Below are positions 8,824 to 15,169 of a stretch of DNA of 15,169 nt, one piece after another (within the stretch, counting starts at the first letter, position 1; each line of letters opens with the position of its first letter). This DNA comes from an uncultured archaeon (GTDB taxonomy: Archaea > Asgardarchaeota > Lokiarchaeia > Sigyniarchaeales > SOKP01), in the NCBI GenBank assembly GCA_964583985.1, contig CAZOYD010000077.1, forward strand, positions 1-15,169, written 5' to 3'. The notes under the pieces were generated by a model. That model saw nothing but the letters and a program-made list of their open reading frames with translations. It did not search any database and was not told where the DNA came from. The position numbers were made by a program, and so were the translations under genes.

Positions 8824-9927
8824 ATGAGATTATTTGGATTTATTGTCAATCCTGTAGCTGGAATGGGCGGATCTGTTGGCTTGAAAGGAACCGATGGAGA
8901 CTTGTATAAAAAGGCTTTAAAAATGGGTGCTAAATCCATTACTCCAGAATTAATAGAACAATTTCTTGTTGAGATTAAAAATAAAGATAAAATAACCTTT
9001 TTAACCGCACCAGGTATAATGGGTGAGGTATATCTAAAATCCAAGCAATTTAATTATGATGTAATCGGACAAATCGAAGAAGAAACATCTTCTAATGATA
9101 CTAAGAATATAGCAAAATTGTTACTCAAAGAAAAAGTTGAGTTAATTGTATTTTTTGGAGGAGATGGTACCGCTCGAGATATATTTGATTCGATCGGTTT
9201 AAATCTCCCAGTTATTGCAGTACCTACAGGAGTTAAAATGTTTAGTTCAGTATTCGCAATTAATTCAAGAGCAGCAGCCCAATTAATTGACGCTGTGATT
9301 TTGAATAATCTTGATTTTGAAGAAAGAGAAATCTTGGATATAAACGAAAGTTCTTATAATAAAGGAATTTTGGATTCAAACCTTTATGGGTACCTAAAAG
9401 TACCAAAAGTACCGAATTTGATACAAACGGGTAAAGACACCTCAATAACCGGGAATGTTAATGAAATTAATAAAAAAGAGATTGCACTCCATATAATAGA
9501 GACTATGAAAAAGGATGTTCTCTATTTATTAGGGCCAGGTACTACTGTGAAAGCGATAACAGACCAATTAAATTTACCAAAAACGTTGCTGGGTTTAGAT
9601 GCAATATATAACAAGCAAGTTATTGAAAAGGATTTAAATGAAGAAGATATCCTTAAACTTTTGGAGACATACAATCAAGTTCGAATAATTGTTTCTCCCA
9701 TTGGTGGTCAAGGATTCATTTTTGGGCGGGGTAATAAGCAATTTACTCCTAAAATAATAGAGAAGATAGGAAAAAAAAATGTAATTATTATTTCGACGAA
9801 AGATAAATTGAGATCGTTAAAATGTTTAAGAATTGATTCGACAAATATAGAAATTGATGATTTATTTAAAGGATTAGTCAATGTTGTGGCAGGGTTTAAA
9901 GAAGAAATTATATATCAAATTGAATAA
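8824..9927 (+). CDS. ATP-NAD kinase / AcoX-like family protein
   Basis: GFIVNPVAGMGG..GLKGTDG, GGDGTARD kinase motif, PTGVKMFSSVFA, GPGTT, SPIGGQGFIFGRGN. ATG at 8824 is preferred over the TTG at 8815 used by the ORF track. Confidence 0.9.
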   Translation: MRLFGFIVNPVAGMGGSVGLKGTDGDLYKKALKMGAKSITPELIEQFLVEIKNKDKITFLTAPGIMGEVYLKSKQFNYDVIGQIEEETSSNDTKNIAKLLLKEKVELIVFFGGDGTARDIFDSIGLNLPVIAVPTGVKMFSSVFAINSRAAAQLIDAVILNNLDFEEREILDINESSYNKGILDSNLYGYLKVPKVPNLIQTGKDTSITGNVNEINKKEIALHIIETMKKDVLYLLGPGTTVKAITDQLNLPKTLLGLDAIYNKQVIEKDLNEEDILKLLETYNQVRIIVSPIGGQGFIFGRGNKQFTPKIIEKIGKKNVIIISTKDKLRSLKCLRIDSTNIEIDDLFKGLVNVVAGFKEEIIYQIE

Positions 9928-9942
9928 TCAGAATTAATATAC

Positions 9943-9960
9943 AAAAAAAAATAGAATAAG
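9943..9960 (-). terminator. Putative oligo-T terminator of the adh-aor operon
   Basis: The minus strand reads CTTATTCTATTTTTTTTT immediately after the aor TAA. Confidence 0.5.
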
Positions 9961-11838
9961 TTATATAATATTTAGTTCTTTTAGTTTTTCTTCGGTGGGG
10001 GCTCCTGTATTCCAGTCCCAACCTCTTAATTCATAATATTTCTTTAGATTAGGCTCTAAATCGAGAGTTATATCTACCGTTTTTCCAGAAGTCAGGACTT
10101 TTTTCACGTGACCCGGTAATCTATCATCTTCCCTAGTTATACCCAGTTTCACGTTAATCAAACGCTTGAGATTATTGATTCGTTCGCCAACTTTCATTAA
10201 TGATTTTTTATCATAATCTAAACCAGTGGAAGCATTGATAAATCCGACGATATGTTTAAAATCTGGATTTATAAATCCACAATTTACGGCTGAGTCATCA
10301 ATAGCGCGTAAATCTTGGAATGCCATGACTCCTTTCTCCCTACCTTTTATCGAATATCTATCTCCAGCTTTTATGCGTAATTTTGGATAAGCTAACAGTC
10401 CCAATTCAGTTGAAAACCAATCGCATTTTTCATGGTTAGCACCAACACAACATGTTATATAGCTTAATCCTTGCCCTGCAAATGCTCTTGGATCATGCAT
10501 TGGTATCTCTAAACCTTTCACGTGAGCCGCTAATTCTGGATCCACATCTAATTCTTTAGCCATAAATCGTACACCTTCTGCTAAAATTGCTCCAATTCCA
10601 TTTCGTGTCGAAATTTTATTGATTAACTTTAGGATTAATTCACCATTTCCCCATCTAATTTCATCCAAGTTTACTGTTTCTAGCTTTGCTTTAATCTCAT
10701 CGATAGCAAGATTATTTTCAACCAAATAAATCAAGAAAGCTATGCTTACTCCAGTAGAAATAGTATCAATTCCATAGACATTGCACATGTGATGGGCAAG
10801 AATCACGCTTTTTGAATCAAAAACCCCACATAATGGTCCAAATGCACCCACGGACTCATATTCTGGTCCATCTACGCGAATTTCTTTTTCATTTTCTACA
10901 ATAACGGTAGTTTTTCCACACCTCATCGTGCATCCTGCACAACCATAGTCTAAAACGGCATATTCTTCTTTGAGAGTTTTTCCAGATAATTTTTCAGCAA
11001 GAAATTCCGTTTCAGTAAAGTAATATCCTGAAAGATCTCCAAGAGCCATTCCAATATCTAAATAACAATTAGTACCATACAATGTAAATAACATTGGTAC
11101 CATTTCTTTTAGCAACACTCCTTTTTTCGCGTCTTCTGCTTGTTTCAAAAACTCCTTACCAATATCGGGATCAGCTATTTTAACTGGACTAGTACCGTGG
11201 ATTGCTATAGCTTTTAAATTTTTTGAACCCATTAGGGTTCCCATGCCACATCTCCCTACTGCCCTCCCTTCATCATTGATAATACAACCGTATTTAACAA
11301 GGTTTTCTGCTCCAACTCCAATGGTAGCTACTCGTAAATTATTATTTTTTAATTCTCTTTTTATGAGTTTTTGAGTTTCATAAGTATCTCTTCCCCATAA
11401 ACTGTCAGCGTCCTTGAATTCAATAGATTGATCATGAATATATATATAAACAGGATTTTTTGATTTTCCGGTGATAACAATAGCATCATATCCGCTATTT
11501 CGTAATGAAATACAGAAAGTTCCACCAGAACTTCCTTCTCCCCAAATTCCAGTATGTGGAGATATCCCCGATACAGTATACCGACCTGAAGACGGTCTTA
11601 GGGTACCAGTTACAGGCCCCGTAGCAAAAATGAGAGGATTGATTCCATCCATGGGATCTTTCTTTAAAATTTCATAATCTTCATCTGATAATCGATCATA
11701 TATTAATTTCGCACTTAATCCCGTCCCTCCAAGATAATCCTTCGCGATCTGAGGATCCAATTCTTTGATTTCAACTTTCTGGTCATCTAAATCAATATAT
11801 GCAATTTTACCATTATAACCTATTAATTTTTCACTCAT
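9961..11838 (-). CDS. aor: Aldehyde:ferredoxin oxidoreductase family (tungstopterin, 4Fe-4S)
   Basis: YLGGTGL, ATGPVTG, SPHTG..GEGSSGG, GYDAIVITGKS, GRCGMGTLMGSKNLKAIA, CAGCTMRC Fe-S motif, GPEYES, YGIDTIS, HVKGLEIPMHDPR, distal Cys in DSAVNC, and YYELRGWD..G.PT. GGTGA RBS at 11845-11849. Confidence 0.95.
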   Translation of the reverse strand: MSEKLIGYNGKIAYIDLDDQKVEIKELDPQIAKDYLGGTGLSAKLIYDRLSDEDYEILKKDPMDGINPLIFATGPVTGTLRPSSGRYTVSGISPHTGIWGEGSSGGTFCISLRNSGYDAIVITGKSKNPVYIYIHDQSIEFKDADSLWGRDTYETQKLIKRELKNNNLRVATIGVGAENLVKYGCIINDEGRAVGRCGMGTLMGSKNLKAIAIHGTSPVKIADPDIGKEFLKQAEDAKKGVLLKEMVPMLFTLYGTNCYLDIGMALGDLSGYYFTETEFLAEKLSGKTLKEEYAVLDYGCAGCTMRCGKTTVIVENEKEIRVDGPEYESVGAFGPLCGVFDSKSVILAHHMCNVYGIDTISTGVSIAFLIYLVENNLAIDEIKAKLETVNLDEIRWGNGELILKLINKISTRNGIGAILAEGVRFMAKELDVDPELAAHVKGLEIPMHDPRAFAGQGLSYITCCVGANHEKCDWFSTELGLLAYPKLRIKAGDRYSIKGREKGVMAFQDLRAIDDSAVNCGFINPDFKHIVGFINASTGLDYDKKSLMKVGERINNLKRLINVKLGITREDDRLPGHVKKVLTSGKTVDITLDLEPNLKKYYELRGWDWNTGAPTEEKLKELNII

Positions 11839-11850
11839 AATTTATCACCA

Positions 11851-13143
11851 TTAAAAATCTATAGCTTTTCCCTCCCAAGCATATTCAAATATTTTTTTAT
11901 ACAAATCACTATTTACTGCTCGGTATGATGTAAGGCTAACAGCATCATCTTCCGCATAAGAAACCATCAAATCTAATTTTGACATGTACTCTGCTTTTGT
12001 AATTTCTGGTTTTCTTAAATCCCTAACACAAGTTGGAGCATCTATTGAATGTATAAAAGCTTTTAATTTTTCCATAAATTCCTTGAAAAGTTCTTCCCGA
12101 GGCTTATTCTCAACGGAAATATTAAAAATTGGACATAAATCTTGCCATCTATCGGTTACTTTTTCTTGGAACTCAATGGAATAGGGTAAGTACAATCCTA
12201 CGGCTAATCCATGATGAATTCCGAAGATCTTGCCGGCAGAATGGCCAAGGGCATGATCGATCCCAGGTACCGTGTTGCCAAAACCAATTCCGGCCATCAG
12301 TGCAGCCATGTGCATGTGATCTCTCGCTTCTATGTCTTTTGCACCATATTTATAAGCTCGTGGCAAATACTTTACTACTTCTTTTATAGCCGTGAAATTT
12401 ACGGCATCTAAATATGGAGATCCCCAATTTGAAACGTAACTACCCATTGCATGAGATAATGCATCTAATCCAGTACCAGCGGTTAGCATTGGAGGCATAT
12501 CTTTTACAAAATCAGTATCTAATATCGTGATATCTGCGGGAAATTCATCGCTCATCACTTCTAATTTTTTAGGTGGGTCTCTGGACGTGTCGGTTAATAC
12601 AGCTGCGGAAGATACTTCCGATCCAGTTCCTGACGTCGTTGGGATTGCTATGAAAAACCGAAATTTCCTTCTTAATCCCAATGATCCAAAATAAGGAAGA
12701 ATGTTAAATATGTTAACATTCGGATACTCATATTTAACCATAACCATTTTAGCGGTATCCATAACACTCCCCCCTCCCAGTGCAAATATAACTTGTGGTT
12801 TAAATTCTTCACAAATTTGAGCTCCTATATCTATTGTCGGAAGAGGTACTTCTGGTTCTGCTCCGGACCATATTTTATACTCCATTTCAATAAGATCAAG
12901 ATACTCAGTAACCTTTTTAGCATACTTTTGGGTAAATGAATCAGTAATTATTAAAGCTCTTCGATCTTCCTTATCAAACATGGCTTTTAAATAATTACTA
13001 ACTTGAAGTAGTCCTACTTTACCCTTATAAATGCGCGATGAAAAATAATTAGACATGACGCCACGTAGTGCCTTTCCGCCCATAAGAGCCATCATATCCT
13101 TTACGGTTTGGCTTTCATACCAAGCCGGTTGTTCTTTAGTCAT
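11851..13143 (-). CDS. Iron-containing (type III) alcohol dehydrogenase
   Basis: ALGGGSVMDTAK, IPTTSGTGSEV, and metal ligands in GLDALSH, DHALGH and IHHG. ATG at 13143 has GGAGG upstream and is preferred; the ORF-track start at 13161 is the alternative. 12-nt gap to aor. Confidence 0.92.
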   Translation of the reverse strand: MTKEQPAWYESQTVKDMMALMGGKALRGVMSNYFSSRIYKGKVGLLQVSNYLKAMFDKEDRRALIITDSFTQKYAKKVTEYLDLIEMEYKIWSGAEPEVPLPTIDIGAQICEEFKPQVIFALGGGSVMDTAKMVMVKYEYPNVNIFNILPYFGSLGLRRKFRFFIAIPTTSGTGSEVSSAAVLTDTSRDPPKKLEVMSDEFPADITILDTDFVKDMPPMLTAGTGLDALSHAMGSYVSNWGSPYLDAVNFTAIKEVVKYLPRAYKYGAKDIEARDHMHMAALMAGIGFGNTVPGIDHALGHSAGKIFGIHHGLAVGLYLPYSIEFQEKVTDRWQDLCPIFNISVENKPREELFKEFMEKLKAFIHSIDAPTCVRDLRKPEITKAEYMSKLDLMVSYAEDDAVSLTSYRAVNSDLYKKIFEYAWEGKAIDF

Positions 13144-13168
13144 TTTTTTTAATTCCTCCATAAATCAG

Positions 13169-13207
13169 TGAATTTCTTTTAAGAGTTCTGAAAATTGAAG
13201 AAATTCA
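13169..13207. repeat. 10-bp perfect inverted repeat upstream of the adh-aor operon
   Basis: TGAATTTCTT (13169-13178), a 19-nt spacer, then AAGAAATTCA (13198-13207). Confidence 0.55.
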
Positions 13208-13390
13208 ATTTTTAAAAAATAGTTATTTAAGTAATATATCTAACATGATAATAAATAAAGATTTATTTAACGTGATGATTTGAGAGGAGTATAAACCATT
13301 TATAGATAAAATAAATAACCTTAAAATAATATGTGATACAACACTATTTTGCATGTTATTATTTAACTACATAAAGAGAGAGAAAATAAA

Positions 13391-13630
13391 ATGGCATGGA
13401 CACCTCCAACAAAAATAACGGTAATATTTTCTTTTATATTCGTCGTTCTTGGATTAATTTTGTTAATTGAATTGATCTGGGGACCCATGGGTTTCTATAG
13501 CAGTTTACCATTATTAACATTTGCTGAACCAACTTTAAGTTCAAAGGATGTTTGGTACATTATTGGATTATTCCTAATGTTTTTTGCATGGTTTTTGCTA
13601 TTACTTGGAGTCCGTATAAAAGGTTTATAA
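13391..13630 (+). CDS. Small 2-TM membrane protein, function unknown
   Basis: 79-aa ORF in its own intergenic space with a purine-rich upstream region, two hydrophobic helices and a downstream T-tract. Confidence 0.8.
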   Translation: MAWTPPTKITVIFSFIFVVLGLILLIELIWGPMGFYSSLPLLTFAEPTLSSKDVWYIIGLFLMFFAWFLLLLGVRIKGL

Positions 13631-13638
13631 ATATTTAA

Positions 13639-13659
13639 TTTTTTTTTATTTTTTTATTT
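13639..13659 (+). terminator. Putative oligo-T terminator after the 79-aa gene
   Basis: Two long T-runs begin 8 nt after the TAA. Confidence 0.55.
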
Positions 13660-13739
13660 AATTGCAGATAAACAGTTAAACTTTTTTTAATTTAAAATTT
13701 AAAATATATCTAATTAAAGTGAAATTTGGACTAATAAAT

Positions 13740-14570
13740 ATGGAAATTAAAACGATTGCAATTATTGGAACAGGTTTTATGGGAGACCAAATTGCTTCAA
13801 GAGCAATATTATATGATTATAAATTAAGGTTGTATGATATCAGTGAAGACAATTTGGAAGTGATAAGAAAATCCCTTGTTGGCTTTTTAAGAAGAAGGCG
13901 AATGAAAGAAAAATTGGAGTGGATTAGTTTTTATAATGATCTTGCTAAAGCCGTAAGTGATGCTGATTTGATCATTGAGGCAATTCCAGAGGATTTAGAG
14001 TTAAAAAGGGACATTTTTTCAAAGATAGATGAACTGGCTCTTCCACATGCCATTATTGCTACAAATAGTTCTTCAATCCCTGTCTCAAAGATTGAAAGTT
14101 CGGTAAAAAGAAAAGGGCAAGTATTAAACATGCATTTCTATGCTCCTATCATTACGATGCCAATGGTTGATATAATGAGAGGTACTCAAACTACCGATGT
14201 CGTTTTTAATACTGGAAAAAAATGGATCGAAAGTCTCGAGTGTACACCATTAGTGGTTAAAAAAGAATGCTTGGGGTTTGTGTTTAACCGCGTGTGGCAT
14301 GCTGTAAAGAAGGAATGTTTAAAAATCTGGGCGGGTGGATATGCTGATATCGAAACTGTTGACAAGGCGTGGAAAATTTTTACAGGAATGGGTTTAGGAC
14401 CATTTCGTTTAATGGACGGTGTTGGCTTGGATACAATATACAATGTTGAGATGACTTATTTTAATGAAAGTAAGAATTTAGATGATAAACCTCCTAAAGA
14501 ATTACAAGAAATGGTAAATAAAGGTTTCCTTGGAAGAAAATCTGGAAATGGTTTTTACACTTGGGAATAG
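13740..14570 (+). CDS. 3-hydroxyacyl-CoA dehydrogenase family (Hbd-like)
   Basis: IAIIGTGFMG, ADLIIEAIPEDLELK, ATNSSS, MHFY (catalytic His), GFVFNRV, GPFRLMDGVGLD, GFLGRKSGNGFY. ATG at 13740 is preferred over GTG at 13719. Confidence 0.93.
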   Translation: MEIKTIAIIGTGFMGDQIASRAILYDYKLRLYDISEDNLEVIRKSLVGFLRRRRMKEKLEWISFYNDLAKAVSDADLIIEAIPEDLELKRDIFSKIDELALPHAIIATNSSSIPVSKIESSVKRKGQVLNMHFYAPIITMPMVDIMRGTQTTDVVFNTGKKWIESLECTPLVVKKECLGFVFNRVWHAVKKECLKIWAGGYADIETVDKAWKIFTGMGLGPFRLMDGVGLDTIYNVEMTYFNESKNLDDKPPKELQEMVNKGFLGRKSGNGFYTWE

Positions 14571-14582
14571 CAAAAATTTATC

Positions 14583-14597
14583 AAAAAATAGAAAAAG
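14583..14597 (-). terminator. Putative oligo-T terminator directly after the SECIS
   Basis: The minus strand reads CTTTTTCTATTTTTT immediately after the closing helix of the hairpin. Confidence 0.55.
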
Positions 14598-14664
14598 ATC
14601 CCTAATCCTTGCGGGTTGTCCCCAGACGTCTATCATTTATACATCCAGATCATCCTTATGGGAT
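14598..14664 (-). promoter_or_regulatory. Eukaryote-like SECIS element in the 3' UTR of the peroxiredoxin-like selenoprotein gene
   Basis: The minus strand reads AUCCCAUAAGG-AUGA-UCUGGAUGU-AU-AAA-UGAUAG-ACGUCUGGG-GA-CAACCCGCAAGGAUUAGGGAU. AUGA (14653-14650) lies opposite GA (14620-14619), AAA sits 11 nt after AUGA, the upper stem UCUGGAUGU/ACGUCUGGG has 9 pairs, and the lower stem is AUCCC/GGGAU. About 45% GC (30/67), far above the other intergenic regions. Confidence 0.85.
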
Positions 14665-15169
14665 TTAAAGTTTTGTATTAATTGCATCCATCATCATTTC
14701 AATTGAAGGTCTGTCAGTCTTAGTTTTTCCAAAATAGGTCCAAACAATTTTTCCTTCCTTATTTATGAGAAATTTACTCGGTACTGCTTGCTTTGATTTC
14801 AATGAACTCTCACCTACAGGAGCAAAACAATATACTTCATAATCACTTGCAATTTTCGCGTCATGATCAGCTATTATATCGATGGTAATTTTATTATCTT
14901 CCTTGAATTTTTTTAAAAACCTTACACTATCAGCAGCAATTGATATAATTTTGATAATTTTGATATCAAATTGAGATTGATTTTCGGATAATAAAACTAA
15001 ATGTTGTTTTCAACGATTTCACCAATTTCCTCTAAAAAAATCGATAAGAACTCCATTAAAGATTTTTAAAAGTTGAGTTAGAATGATATTATTGCCATAG
15101 ATGTCTTGCGTGTTGAATAATGGTGCGTTTGAACCAACTGGCAGACCTTTCGGTCTCGGCGGTTCTTCA
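14665..15169 (-). CDS. Peroxiredoxin-like (AhpC/TSA, thioredoxin-fold) selenoprotein with a UxxU motif; 5' end lies outside the window
   Basis: Not in the ORF track. Frame from 15168: EEPPRPKGLPVGSNAPLFNTQDIYGNNIILTQLLKIFNGVLIDFFRGNW-U-NR-U-KQHLVLLSENQSQFDIKIIKIISIAADSVRFLKKFKEDNKITIDIIADHDAKIASDYEVYCFAPVGESSLKSKQAVPSKFLINKEGKIVWTYFGKTKTDRPSIEMMMDAINTKL*. TGA codons at 15019-15021 and 15010-15012 align with the Cys residues of the family's FYRGxWCxxC motif. Family features continue after the TGAs (ISIAAD, IIAD, AVPSKFLINKEGKIVW, DRP). Confidence 0.9.

Noticed and set aside
1458-14443. Short ORFs 1458-1640, 2028-2291, 4881-5144, 8811-9044, 9260-9445, 11471-11677, 11984-12184, 12129-12389, 12211-12411, 13931-14131, 14186-14443
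   Set aside because: All lie antisense to well-supported longer genes and have no recognisable motifs.
14970-15009. Bacterial-type SECIS immediately downstream of the UGA codons
   Set aside because: The sequence there (AAACAACAUUUAGUUUUAUUAUCCGAAAAUCAAUC) is AU-rich with no convincing stem by eye.
14665-15169. Interpreting the peroxiredoxin-like frame as a pseudogene or as a genome-wide UGA=Trp/Gly recoding
   Set aside because: Both TGAs fall exactly on the catalytic Cys positions, the rest of the frame is intact, and a SECIS follows. No other gene has in-frame TGA, and Trp is encoded by TGG (including the adjacent codon).
1-15169. CRISPR arrays, tRNA/rRNA genes, transposases, integrases or defence systems
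   Set aside because: No spaced direct repeats, GC-rich structural RNA-sized gaps or mobile-element motifs were seen. Intergenic gaps are short and AT-rich apart from the SECIS.

Overview
AT-rich (roughly 30% GC by eye) archaeal-style chromosomal window, most consistent with an Asgard archaeon of the Lokiarchaeia/Promethearchaeota type. This is inferred from a eukaryote-like 3'-UTR SECIS, GGTGA/GGAGG ribosome-binding sites, oligo-T terminators and the AOR/Fe-ADH/SDR/3-hydroxyacyl-CoA dehydrogenase gene content. It holds 13 CDSs, two of which are missing from the ORF track. The first is a 3'-truncated class III aminotransferase (minus, 1-1216) closely resembling 3-aminobutyryl-CoA aminotransferase (Kat). 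The second is a 5'-truncated peroxiredoxin-like/thioredoxin-fold gene (minus, 14665-15169) whose CxxC active site is encoded as TGA-AAT-CGT-TGA, i.e. a predicted double-selenocysteine UxxU motif. Directly after its stop codon lies a eukaryote-type SECIS hairpin (AUGA-N11-AAA...GA). This selenoprotein-plus-SECIS unit is the standout. Other notable items are an 865-aa protein with about 7 Ca-blade/FG-GAP-like repeats fused to a roughly 7-TM domain, a KDSR-like SDR in a probable operon with a small membrane protein, a 528-aa coiled-coil protein of unknown function, and an adh-aor operon. No rRNA, tRNA, CRISPR array or mobile element was seen.
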